64,000 nt of DNA, taken from contig CAVYYI010000003.1 in assembly GCA_963772725.1 (NCBI GenBank), positions 672,001 through 736,000 on the forward strand, read 5' to 3'. Made by a program: the position numbers and the translations under genes. Shown piece by piece: positions 47,200 through 58,007 of this stretch. The notes below the pieces were generated by a model. That model saw nothing but the letters and a program-made list of their open reading frames with translations, was not told the DNA's origin and did no database searches. Position 1 is the stretch's first letter. The number at the start of each line of letters is the position of its first letter. The DNA comes from an uncultured Phycisphaerales bacterium. GTDB taxonomy: Bacteria > Planctomycetota > Phycisphaerae > Sedimentisphaerales > Anaerobacaceae.

Positions 47200-49027
47200 A
47201 TGAAAAACAAAACAAGAACAAACGTAACGGCAACGCTGCCGTTGAAACTCGTTTTGACTATCCTGCTGCTGGCGCCGTTTGCATTGCGGGCCGCAGATAC
47301 GAAACCGCCTTTCCAAAGCAAACTCACAAGCGGTGTTACCTTCCAATCAAAAGATGCCGGGCTGCAGCGCTTATATGACGCGGCTGAAGCAGGCTTGGCC
47401 AAAAACGCCACATCATTCAGCGGGATGAAGGTGATTACTGAGGGTGCAGGCTACCCCGGAGCGTATCTGGAAAGCGCGCCCGAGGGCGGCGAAATCTACG
47501 CCAATCGTGATACACAAATCGCGTTGAACCATCAGGCGTTGTTCATGCTCGGGCAAAGGCCTGACGGGCGTATGCCGGTAGCGGTCTTCTCGGGCCAGTG
47601 GGAACACAAGCAAGGCTTTTACCGCCTGACGCCGGAAGGCCAGATGTGGCTGCCGGCCTTTGGGCTGCTGGTCACGTATAACAGCCTGGCGCATGATTAC
47701 GACTTTCCGAACACGGCATGGAAAACCTACTTCTGGAGCGGTCGGAACCGCGAATACCTTGAGCGGCTGTATAATGCGCTCGAAATGTTCGACAACTACA
47801 TTTGGCGTACACGGGATTCGAACAACGATGGGCTGCTGGAAGTATGGTGCACCTATGACACGGGCGAGGATGGCAGGCACGCGTTACATTTCGCGCCTGC
47901 GCTCCCACTCGATGGCCGTTTGATATCCCGCCCGGTATGCCCGGCACGCCCGACCCGCAAAGTCCTGATTGTTACAAGCGCTACTGGATTGAAATGGAGA
48001 ATGAAAAACTTCCGGCTCCAAGCTGCGCCGAGATACGGGTACCATTCGCCTCAATGGATGTGATGGCCTGGAGCTATGACGGGCGGGTCGCCCTGAGCAA
48101 GATTGCCCGCGAGCTTGGCAATGGTCGTGAAGATTACTGGCGGCAAAAGGCGGAGGAAGTCAGGCAGAAGGTCATCAAGGCCCTTTGGGTGCCGGAAAAG
48201 CACGCCTGCTTCGACCGTGACCGCCAAGGGAACATCCTGCCTGAACTGATACACAACAACCTCCGCGTCATGCACCACGGCCTGTTCACCCAGGAGATGG
48301 CCGACGCATTTATTCGAGAGCATATGCTCAACCCGAAGGAATTCTGGACTTATACGCCGCTGCCTTCAATCGCGGTCAACGAATCGCTATTCCGAAGCAA
48401 CAAAGGAAACGATTGGAGCGGCCAGCCGATGGGACTTACTTATCAACGCGCCATTCGCGCCCTCGAGAACTACGGCCACTATGCGGAAATCTCGCTTATC
48501 GGCGAAAGGTTCTTTGAGATTATCCAGAAAAACGGGAGCAGGTTCCCCCAGCAGTTCGACCCGTTTACCGGTGTCGGCTCAAGCCCAGCTCAGGAAGACT
48601 ACAGCCCAATGATGTTCGCCGCGCTGGAGTATGTTTCCCGTCTGCACGGCATCCAGCTCAACGTCGAGAACGATCGAGTCTGGTGGTCAGCACTGGCCGG
48701 GAGCGGAAAGGACTTCACCTACACCCAGCGCGCTGGGGCGAACGAACCTGGACGCTGGCGTGTGAGAAGGGACTATTCCGCGCTTCGCTCAATGACATGG
48801 AGCTGTTTTCATGTACCCCGGGCGTACGCGTGGTGACAGACCTCAACGGCAAAGTGCGTGAGGTGGTTGGGATTTCGCCGGAAAGACAAAGCGTTACTCT
48901 GCGGTCTGAAAACCAGCAACGGCAGTTCACCGTCGCTCCAAATCAGATATGGGGACTCGATGGAGACAAGCCGCATCTTAGCCGCGCCGCCCCCTTCGAT
49001 TATCCCTATCATGGAGAAGCTCAATGA
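47200..49027 (+). CDS. MGH1/GH63-like glycoside hydrolase; frameshifts
   Basis: Leader repeat start; RDSNNDGLLEVWCTYDTGED, PLPSIA, WSGQPMGLTYQR motifs. Confidence 0.7.
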
Positions 49028-51558
49028 ACATGAAACACACCCTCACACTCCTCACGGCCCTGTTGCTGGCGCCGCTGGCTGCTTTGTACGCTGCCGAGTC
49101 GGAATCAAAATCGTTATCCGCCAATTCATCGGCAGATGGTGCGGATCCCAGCTTGAGCCGTACTGATGAACTGGAGCGGATTTTTCAGAAGCCGCCGGAA
49201 TCCGCAAAGCCTGGTGTGTGGTGGCATTGGATGGGAAGCAATGTAACAAGAGCGGGTATCACCCGCGACTTGGAGGCTCTTAAGGATGCTGGTTTTAACC
49301 GTACAACTATATTCAGCCTGGCCGACACAGTGACCCCGTCGGCAGGCCAGATTGGCAACAGTCCGACGCCAGAAATCATCGGCTGGACTGAACCATGGTG
49401 GAAACTGGTCCGGCACGCGGCTGAGGAATCAAAGCGCCTCGGGATGGATTTGGGAATGCATAACTGTCCCGGTTATACTGCCAGCGGCGGTACATGGATT
49501 CCTGAGGAAATGTCGATGCAAAAAGTCTGCTTTTCGCAGACGCCGTTCAGCGGTCCCGGCAAACTTAAGCTTGATCTGCCGCGACCGACGGTAGATCTTC
49601 ACGAAGTACAAGCGTTTCCCATCTTCAATCCGAACACAGGCAAAGCCGCAAAGCCGGAGATTCCTGAACGAAATACGTTCTACCGTGACATCGCCATGCT
49701 GGCTCTGCCTGCGACCGGTATTGTGACTAAGGACCATGTAATCAACCTGACCGGCCAGAAGGAATGGGCAGCTCCCGCAGGAGACTGGATTATCTACCGC
49801 TTCGGTTACACTACTACGGGAAAATTAATCCAGCCGGCACAGTTGAAAGCAACGGGTTTCGAGTGTGACAAGATGAAGCGCCGAAGCAGTGACGTTCCAT
49901 ATGAACCATGTCATTGGGGAGATTCAAAAACATCTTGGCGATCTTGTCGGGAGCGGTTTAACGCATGTACTTTTTGACAGCTATGAAGCAGGCACACCTG
50001 GATGGACACCGAAGATGCAGGCGGAGTTCAAGACACGTCGGGGATACGATTTGACTCCTTTTCTGCCTACACTCGCCAAGCGAGTTATTGGCAGTGAGCA
50101 GGAGAGCAATAAATTCCGTGATGATTTTCTCGATACCATTCGGGACCTATACCGGGATGTCTATTTTACAACTGTCCGACGAATGCCTGCACGATGCGAA
50201 GTTGGAATTCTGCTGTGAACCTTACGGGGGACCATGGCGGCAGGATGATGTTATGCCGCTGGTGGATCAGGTCATGGTCGAGTTCTGGACCCGCCAAGGA
50301 AATTTCAAAACACAATTTAATACCATTGCCGCATCACGTAAAAGCGGTCAGAATATTGTCGAAGCCGAGGCATTTACTGGTTCGCCAGCAGACAGCATGT
50401 GGTCGGAAACGCCTGCATGGCTTAAACCAATCGGCGACGCCGCTTACTGCGCCGGTATCAACCGGTTTATCCTCCACCATTATGTCCATCAACCCTGGGA
50501 TGACCGCTATAAGCCCGGCGTTACGATGGGGCTATGGGGCACGCACTTCGAGCGCACCCAAACATGGTGGAAGCCTTTCCATGCGACGATTAGTTACTGG
50601 CAGCGCTGCCAGGCTATGCTTCAGTGGGGCAAATTCGCCAATGTTACGGGAGATTTTTCTACAGATATGAACCAACCGGGGGGCCTTGAACTCCGAGCTA
50701 TCCACCGCGCCAAGGATGGGAGGGATGTTTACTTTGTCGCCAATATTAATGCTGCAGCCTCCGGCACGGCGAAGTGTACATTTTTAGTGAGCGGCAAACA
50801 GCCTGAGTTGTTGGACCCTGTCTGGGGCACGCGACGGAATTTGCCGGAATTTGAACAGCATGATGGTAAAATTATTATCCCGCTGGAGTTTGCTCCGGGG
50901 CAAAGTTATTTTATTGTATTTCGGCATCCGGTTGAAGGCAACCCACAACCTGTTAAGAGGAATTTTCCTGTGTTTAAACCAGTTGTCAGGATTGCCGGGC
51001 CATGGCAGGTCAGTTTTGATCCCAAGTGGGGCGGCCCGGCCGAACCGGTAATGTTTGCCTCGCTGGAAGATTGGACCAATCGTACAGAGCCTGGTATCCG
51101 TTACTATTCCGGAACCGCTATGTATCGCACAACATTCGATGCCTCCGCTGGCTCGCGGCTAAAGCTGGGGATAGTAAACCATCTGGCCAAAATTCGGCTC
51201 AACGGTCGAGATCTTGGTGTCGTGTGGCTGTGCGCCATGGGCGGTTGACATCCCTGAAGGACTGCTCAAGCCAAAAGGAAACCAGCTCGAAATCGAAGTA
51301 ACAAACACGTGGGCGAATCGTTTGATTGGTGATGAACAGGAGCCGCCGGACTGCGAGTGGCTGCCGGGACGCAGGCCTGTTGAGTTTCTCAAGGCGTTTC
51401 CGGACTGGTTCGTCAAAGGTCAGCCGCGCCCTTCCAAGGGGCGTTATTGTTTCACCACATGGAACTATTTCAAGAAAGACTCTCCGCTGCTGTCTTCGGG
51501 TTTACTCGGCCCGGTAACTATTCAATCAATCGAAAATATGAAAGGAACTAATCAATGA
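49024..51558 (+). CDS. GH106-like alpha-L-rhamnosidase; frameshifts
   Basis: PPESAKPGVWWHWMGSN, HNCPGY, DSYEAG, EAEAFT, GINRFILH motifs. Confidence 0.85.
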
Positions 51559-52647
51559 ATACAATTCCAACATCAATCAACATATTTAATCTGAAGAAAA
51601 AGACACACAAGTGTTTACTAATTTTGGCGCTGCTGCTTGTATCTTGTCAGTCGTTGCCGGTGAAAACTGCTGAGCAGGTTGATATGGCCAAGCGCAGAGG
51701 AACTCAAAAACCTTAAGTGGGGAATGTTTGTCTGCTGGTCTTTCAGCACGTTCTCCGGCAAGGAATGGTCGCCGGGCATCACGGATGTTAATTTTTTCAA
51801 AGCTACCGGCTGTGACACCAAACAGTGGGCGCGAACCGCAAAGGATGCCGGCATGGGCTATATCCTTTTTCTAACCAAGCACCACGACGGATTCTGTCTC
51901 TGGGACACAAAAACAACAGATCGCAAAGTAACAAAGTCGCCGCTTGGCCGCGATGTGCTTGCCGAGCTGCGAAAAAACTGCGACAAGTACGGCATAAAGC
52001 TGGCACTTTATTTCTCCGAGGGCGACTGGACCTGGCCCGGCGCCGTTGACGGCAAAGGCTGGAAAGAAGGCATCGGCAAAAACCCGGAAATGAAAAAAAC
52101 GCAGCTCAGGGAATTGCTCACGCAATATGGCCCAATCGAATACATCTGGTTTGACCACGCTGTCGGCGATGGGGGCTTGAGTCATGCTGACACCATCGCG
52201 TTTTGCAAATCGCTTCAGCCCGGCTGTTTCATCGGTTTCAATCACGGCGAACAGGAGGGAGCGGACATCCGGCTTGGCGAACTGGGCAAACCCGGCCCGC
52301 TCAAAGATAATACCGCGGCAGGCCCCTATATGAAAAACGCGCCGAGTAAAGACTATCGGCTCGCAGAGTTCACCTATCCAATTCTGCCCAAGCACACAGG
52401 CGGTGCGATGTGGTTCTACTCGCTGCCGATTCACGACAACCTCTGCCATCCTGCCGAGAAGCTCTATAGCGACTATCTCGGCGCGGTGAAATTTGGCAAC
52501 ATCTTCTCCATTGACGTCGGCCCTGATTACAGCGGCAAGCTGCGGAAGATTGATGTCGAGACCCTGCGCAAAGTTGGCAAAATGATTCGTGATAAAGCGC
52601 CGTTGCCTGAACCCAAAACGCTTAACGATAAAGAACTTCCAAAATGA
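51555..52647 (+). CDS. Alpha-L-fucosidase (GH29); frameshift near 51660-51690
   Basis: WGMFVCW, TKHHDGFCLW, IWFDHA motifs. Confidence 0.85.
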
Positions 52648-53101
52648 TATTCAATCAGCAGTTTTGCATTTTGATTTAGCTTTGTAGAATACAATCTTTT
52701 TGGGTTGGACTTACAAAAAAAATGAAATAACCCCGTACAGCGATACGGGGCGGGAATGACAGCAAGCGGCGATCGGCTTTTATTAACTTGATTTGATATT
52801 ATGGCAACGTAATCGTGTTCGCCATTATGCCAAAACCTCGTGAATTTATAAAAAAACCCTAAGCAATTCCGCATTTGGAATTAAGGTTTTTCCTGATTGA
52901 TATATTTTCGGCATCTGGTAATATCGCCTCAGACCTCGATAGTGGTGAGAAACATCAGTGACGAAAAACATCATAAGTGGAGAGCAAACTTTTGCCGGGG
53001 GGGTAAAAAAGTTTGCTCTCTCGCCTTTTTTACAGCTCAAATAAAATATTGACACCATTAAGTTTCCAAAAGTAAAATAGTAATCGAAAAAGGAAAGAAA
53101 A

Positions 53102-54229
53102 ATGCGAAGTACAAAAACAGGGACAGTTTTATACATTATGATGATAGTGTTCACATCTGCGGCGCTTTGGGCGCAGAGTCCTGAAACTGACAAATCTGTC
53201 TCACCGCAGCCTGAGGTCAAAAACAAAATAGAATTGTCCAGTACCACGCTAAACACAGAGGGCAGGCTCCAGACCTTCATCAAACCAGGGCTGGTGTGGC
53301 TCGACAGTAATGGAAAACCCATCAATGCTCACGGCGGCTGTGTGATTTTTTACAACGAAATTTATTATTGGTATGGAGAGCATAAAATTAAAGGACTCTC
53401 TGAAGAGACCCACGCCGATGGTGGTGTACACTGCTATGCATCCACTGATTTGATTAATTGGCACGACCAGGGCAGGGTGCTTTATCTGGATGGCGATGAA
53501 AACAGCGACCTTACCCCCGAGTGTAATTCGGACCGACCAAAAGTAATCTACAATGAAAAGACCCGACAGTTCGTCATGTTCTTTAAGTTATACCTGAGAG
53601 GGCTTGGGTCGAAAGTCGCTTATGTCGGGGTTGCGACTTCCGAAAGTCCCACGGGACCTTTCAATTATCGCCACAAGTTTCTGGGCGGCAATTCACCAAA
53701 CGGCACCGGCGATTTTGCCATGTTCAAGGATGATAACGGCAATCTGTATCATCTCTCAGTGCGGAAGCCAGACAAGAAATTTGTGATTGGAAAAATGAGG
53801 GACGATTATCTGCTCCCCGAAGGGGAATACAAGGTGTGCCAGGGCATTACCGACCGAACAGAAGCTCCGGCCCTGATTAAAAAGAACGGTGAATATATTA
53901 TGTTAGCCTCCGGTTCCTCCGGATGGGCGCCCAATGCGGCCCGTTCCTTTTCCGCCAAATCCCTCGAAGGCCCCTGGATTTCTCATGGAAATCCATGCCT
54001 GGGAATCAACCCAGCCAATGGACTTGGACCGGAAAAAACCTATGGGGGACAATCGACTTTCATCATTAAGGTAGAAGGGCGGAAGGACGCTTATATTGCT
54101 TTTTTCGACATCAATAAACCGGAGCATCCCTACGATAGTCTGTATATATGGCTGCCCATAGAGTTTGAGGGAAGTAAAATCTCTATTCCCTGGAAAGACC
54201 AATGGAATCTGGATGTTTTTAGTCAATAA
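53102..54229 (+). CDS. GH43-family glycoside hydrolase
   Basis: INAHGG, YYWYGE, CYASTDL, RPKV, EAPA, SGWAPN motifs. Confidence 0.9.
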   Translation: MRSTKTGTVLYIMMIVFTSAALWAQSPETDKSVSPQPEVKNKIELSSTTLNTEGRLQTFIKPGLVWLDSNGKPINAHGGCVIFYNEIYYWYGEHKIKGLSEETHADGGVHCYASTDLINWHDQGRVLYLDGDENSDLTPECNSDRPKVIYNEKTRQFVMFFKLYLRGLGSKVAYVGVATSESPTGPFNYRHKFLGGNSPNGTGDFAMFKDDNGNLYHLSVRKPDKKFVIGKMRDDYLLPEGEYKVCQGITDRTEAPALIKKNGEYIMLASGSSGWAPNAARSFSAKSLEGPWISHGNPCLGINPANGLGPEKTYGGQSTFIIKVEGRKDAYIAFFDINKPEHPYDSLYIWLPIEFEGSKISIPWKDQWNLDVFSQ

Positions 54230-54351
54230 AACGCAACAATATCACAACTTTACTCAAACTATCCGATGATCAGTTTGAGTTAATAAATACGTCAAGCTTT
54301 TTATATTAAAATATCTCTGCGGCCTCTGCGAACTGCGGTTAATAAAATCTG

Positions 54352-54557
54352 CAGCCTAATATCGCCTGCCGGTAGTCTTACTGCCGCTCTGGTAATTCAC
54401 GAAAAAGTACCGCAGCGCATCGATTGGATGGTCATACAGGCCGTCTTTCAAAGGCAGTTCCGAGCCTGACCCAGCGGAAAAATCCGGATAATGATAACAG
54501 CGCAAAGCCTCAATCAGCCTTTCACAGCGGGGAGAAATCATAAGCGTGCTTTTGCCG
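54352..54557 (-). repeat. 206-bp duplicate of the terminase 3' end (second copy 56286-56491)
   Basis: Direct comparison shows near identity; two substitutions seen. Confidence 0.95.
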
Positions 54558-54572
54558 ACTAACTTTATGCTC

Positions 54573-55097
54573 CTAACCAAATCCTCGTTCCTGAAGGGCA
54601 TCAGCCTGCCCAATATGTGTGTGTTTTTCGCGAAACTTTTTTGTATACTGGAATTCGAGCTGTCGAGAAAGTCCTATTTGGTTCAATATTTCTTCAAGTG
54701 ATATTCCACAGTCTGCTTTACCAAGCAATCCGAGTACCCTAAAAACCGCTCCGTCGGCAGCACATACCATCCAATGTTGTTTGGATTGGCACAAAAAAGC
54801 TAAAGTTTCTTTCTCCCCGGCATGTATATCCGCTTTGTATTGCAGGTCAAATCCGTCATGAAATTTTTTAACTTCCTGCAGACTAACGTCAACTATCCTG
54901 ATACTGTCTTGCTTTTCATAAGATGTTAAATCTATATATTCTTTGCTCTCTTTTCCACTTGCGAAAACAACCTCATCTTCAGCGACAGTTCTGCTTATTG
55001 TAACATCGCATTCTTTTATAAACCTATCCCAGATGCCAAGCTCAAAAAGTTTTATAATCGGCCCGGCGTCAAGCAACAGGAATTGAAATTTTTTCAT
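54573..55097 (-). CDS. PIN-like domain protein
   Basis: LLDAGPII, IHAGEKETLA, AADGA; overlaps the upstream XRE gene. Confidence 0.7.
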   Translation of the reverse strand: MKKFQFLLLDAGPIIKLFELGIWDRFIKECDVTISRTVAEDEVVFASGKESKEYIDLTSYEKQDSIRIVDVSLQEVKKFHDGFDLQYKADIHAGEKETLAFLCQSKQHWMVCAADGAVFRVLGLLGKADCGISLEEILNQIGLSRQLEFQYTKKFREKHTHIGQADALQERGFG

Positions 55098-56193
55098 CCG
55101 TGAAATCCTCTTGTTCTGAGAGATATTCCTGGGCCTTTTTGTAACTTATATCCATATATTTTGCAAACTGAATCAGAGATAATTTCCCTTCCCTAAGAGC
55201 CCGCTGTGCTAAATCGCGATACCTCTGCGGAAAAGTATCGGGAACATCCGATTCTCGCGGCTTACCTCGGTCTTTGCATTTTTCGGCAATTTCATGAAAT
55301 TTTACAGTCTCTTCTTTTCGAAGTCTGAATATATCAGCTATGCGGTAAATCAATGCATCAAGAGAAACACAAAACTCTCTTGCTATGTCATCAAGGTTGG
55401 CAAGACTTATATTACTGTCAGAGCCAACATTTGAAATCAATCGGGCTTTTAGCGGTTGTTCCGGCATAAGGAGCTTGCTCGCAAAAGAATTGGCAAGCTG
55501 CTCTTCACGCTCGTCTGGAACCAAACTTGATTGCTCAGCTGTGCGGAACACATTCCATACAAGAATATGAAATAACTCATGAGCAAGGTCATAATTCCTG
55601 CGCCATGATTTATTGTTTTTGTTTAAGAGAATTGCCGGGCCATATTCAGGAGAAACCGTCGAAATAGCACTGCCCGAAAAATCCAGATAAAATATTTTTA
55701 CATAATATTTTTCTTCCAGTGTCTGTTTTAGAGAAAGAGCCGGTATTTCTCCAAGGCAAAATTCACTCTGGACTTTCACAGCCAGTAATTCTGCCTGATC
55801 GAAATTAAACTGAGATGAAGCTTTAAAATCAGATTTTGGCAAATTAGCCGTCTTAATTTCATAAGTGCAAAATTCAAGTTTGCGGTATTGTTCGCAAAGT
55901 TGTTTAAACCTTGCTTCTATTTGTTTACGTTCTTCTTCAGTACTGGGTTTATCACGCCAGAGCACAACCTCCTGAGATGGCGGCTTATCAGACAAAAAGA
56001 AGTCTGCCGTTTTCATATAAACTTCTGCAAGCCTGCTCAATTGTGAAAATTTCGGTTCACGCCTCGAATTCTCAAATTCACTGAGCGAGGATTCGCCTAT
56101 GCCGACTTTCTCGCTGACTTCCTTCAAAGTATAACCGATGGCATCCCGTGCTATTTTTAATCTTTTTCCAATATCCATATTCTTATCCTTCAT
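55069..56193 (-). CDS. XRE HTH + ImmA/IrrE zinc metallopeptidase
   Basis: IGKRLKIAR...LSEFENSRREP HTH; LAHELFH; EQLANSFASKLLMP. Confidence 0.92.
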   Translation of the reverse strand: MKDKNMDIGKRLKIARDAIGYTLKEVSEKVGIGESSLSEFENSRREPKFSQLSRLAEVYMKTADFFLSDKPPSQEVVLWRDKPSTEEERKQIEARFKQLCEQYRKLEFCTYEIKTANLPKSDFKASSQFNFDQAELLAVKVQSEFCLGEIPALSLKQTLEEKYYVKIFYLDFSGSAISTVSPEYGPAILLNKNNKSWRRNYDLAHELFHILVWNVFRTAEQSSLVPDEREEQLANSFASKLLMPEQPLKARLISNVGSDSNISLANLDDIAREFCVSLDALIYRIADIFRLRKEETVKFHEIAEKCKDRGKPRESDVPDTFPQRYRDLAQRALREGKLSLIQFAKYMDISYKKAQEYLSEQEDFTDEKISIPVA

Positions 56194-56289
56194 TTCTACA
56201 CTATAGAATATTATAGCTTATATTCCAGCAAAAGTTCAAGTAAATATTCTGTAAAATAGAAATTATTTCATATTTTTCAAAAAATCAGC

Positions 56290-57768
56290 CTAATATCGCC
56301 TGCCGGTAGTCTTACTGCCGCTCTGGTAATTCACGAAAAAGTACCGCAGCGCGTCGATTGGATGGTCATACAGGCCGTCTTTCAAAGGCAGTTCCGAGCC
56401 TGACCCAGCGGAAAAATCCGGATAATGATAACAGCGCAAAGCCTCAATCAGCCTTTCACAGCGGGGAGAAATCACAAGCGTGCTTTTGCCGCCGCCGCAG
56501 CAAAGCGCCCTGCGAATAAGTTCCACGCCTTCTAAAATTCTGCTCGGCCTGTATCGAACGGCTATGCCCAGGCCGCGAAGTTCGCGCACCGCGCTTGTGC
56601 CGGTAACATCATTGACACCCGCACCGGCAGGGTCGCAGAATGTCGCGGCCACCTTCGCCTCACCGCCCGGCGTCCGCGCCTTCAACGCCTCCGCGTGTGC
56701 CGCTATCGCCAGCCTGCTGCGAATGTACTCATCCAGGACACGGACAACCCCGCCCGCATCCACCTGGAGCCACAGGCATACAAAAGGATTAACAAACCCG
56801 AAATCCAGCGTCCGGTAGAGCGGCAAATCAGGATTGTATTCGACCTGTTTAACGTGAATAGACTCATCGAACTGGTCAAAGACGACATTCTCCAGGTTCG
56901 GCCTGCGGCAAAGCATCTCCGACTCCCAGCCCGCCCTGCTGGAGCGCCTCATCTGCGTTATGCAGTCGTCAATCTTCAAATAACCCGCCGCCTCTTTCGC
57001 CTTGCCCCCGCAATCACACCACAGCGGACAACACGAACAATTTCGCCCGACGCACTTTTCAATCGTCTCCCACAGGCACCACTTAAATACCGGCGTATTA
57101 TTCTGCCCCGCCCCTGAAACAACCTTATGCATCAGCCCGTAAGGTCGGTGCATCGTGCTGATAATCTCCATCGCCGCGGCTATACCATCTTTGCTCTGCG
57201 TGGTGAATTTCGCCGCCGCGAAAACCTCATCGTCAAACAGCTCAACCTCGTCGCACCGCAGCTTTTGAATATGCTGACCTCGAACGCTCGTCGCCGACTG
57301 AGTAAGCACCTCAACTCCTGAACCATTCGCGAATCCGCATTTCTCCTTAAGCATCGGCCCAGCGAGCTTTTCAGCAAAACCATTATGGATAAACTCTGTA
57401 AGATATTCATACATTCTGCCTGCCTGCTCGCCTGAGCCGCCCAGAATCCGCACCTGGCATTTCGGCTTAAACAGGCAATCCAGCAGCGTTGCCGCCGCCG
57501 CGAGTTCGGTCTTTCCGCCCGCGCGATTCGCCCAGACGATGCAGTCGCCATTTGCTTTTTTGTCAGCCGAGAAATCCCCGCCGAAACTGTGCCAGAGATA
57601 ATCCATCGGACTATTGTGTCCCTGGCAGATACTTTTACCCGGCACATCAATCCCCAGAAATACCTTGATATAATTCTTCAACTCCTGCTTTGTTCTCGGC
57701 CTGTACCGCCGCAGCGCAGAATATATCCCCTCCGCCTTCATTACGTTATTTACCATTATTTCCCCCAT
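56290..57768 (-). CDS. Phage terminase large subunit, intact ORF
   Basis: Walker A ANRAGGKTE, Walker B LRCDEVE, nuclease LDFG, FCDPAG, DHPIDALRY. Confidence 0.9.
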   Translation of the reverse strand: MGEIMVNNVMKAEGIYSALRRYRPRTKQELKNYIKVFLGIDVPGKSICQGHNSPMDYLWHSFGGDFSADKKANGDCIVWANRAGGKTELAAAATLLDCLFKPKCQVRILGGSGEQAGRMYEYLTEFIHNGFAEKLAGPMLKEKCGFANGSGVEVLTQSATSVRGQHIQKLRCDEVELFDDEVFAAAKFTTQSKDGIAAAMEIISTMHRPYGLMHKVVSGAGQNNTPVFKWCLWETIEKCVGRNCSCCPLWCDCGGKAKEAAGYLKIDDCITQMRRSSRAGWESEMLCRRPNLENVVFDQFDESIHVKQVEYNPDLPLYRTLDFGFVNPFVCLWLQVDAGGVVRVLDEYIRSRLAIAAHAEALKARTPGGEAKVAATFCDPAGAGVNDVTGTSAVRELRGLGIAVRYRPSRILEGVELIRRALCCGGGKSTLVISPRCERLIEALRCYHYPDFSAGSGSELPLKDGLYDHPIDALRYFFVNYQSGSKTTGRRY

Positions 57769-58007
57769 TTGATTATTAACTCAAACTGACCGATTCGACC
57801 TGTCATACCCGCGCAAGCGGGTATCCAATATGAAATTTGCCGTAATGGATTCCCGCTTTCGCGGGAATGACATTGGGTGATAACTTTATGATTAACATAA
57901 GGTTATGTACTTCCGCAGGGTGAGTCGCAACCCCACCATTTATTTTTATCTACTGTTATCGGTGGGGTAAAGACCCCACCCTACCGACTACCCGGATTTA
58001 ATTTTCG

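Larger units (their letters stand above)
16264..57872. repeat. Dispersed palindromic REP family TGTCAT(A/T)CC(T/C)GCGAAAGC(A/G)GG(T/A)ATCC
   Basis: Copies near 16264, 23509, 24454, 29993/30036, 57801/57847. Confidence 0.85.
3322..57984. repeat. Dispersed GTAG-type REPs (GTAGGGTGGGGTC...ACCCCACC), usually as inverted doublets
   Basis: Copies at 21609-21675, 31332-31355, 57916-57984; a variant at 3322-3393. Confidence 0.8.

Noticed and set aside
46102..48063. Genuine FGE-sulfatase/glycosidase fusion protein (653-aa ORF)
   Set aside because: An internal RBS plus repeated signal-peptide leader at 47182-47277 marks a separate gene; the read-through is likely a lost stop or indel
30436..51416. 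Many long antisense or overlapping ORFs in the track
   Set aside because: Shadow ORFs of GC-rich genes with no motifs or RBS
57880..57915. XerC/D dif site
   Set aside because: An ATTAACATAA half-site is present, but spacing and the partner arm do not fit the 11-6-11 dif layout
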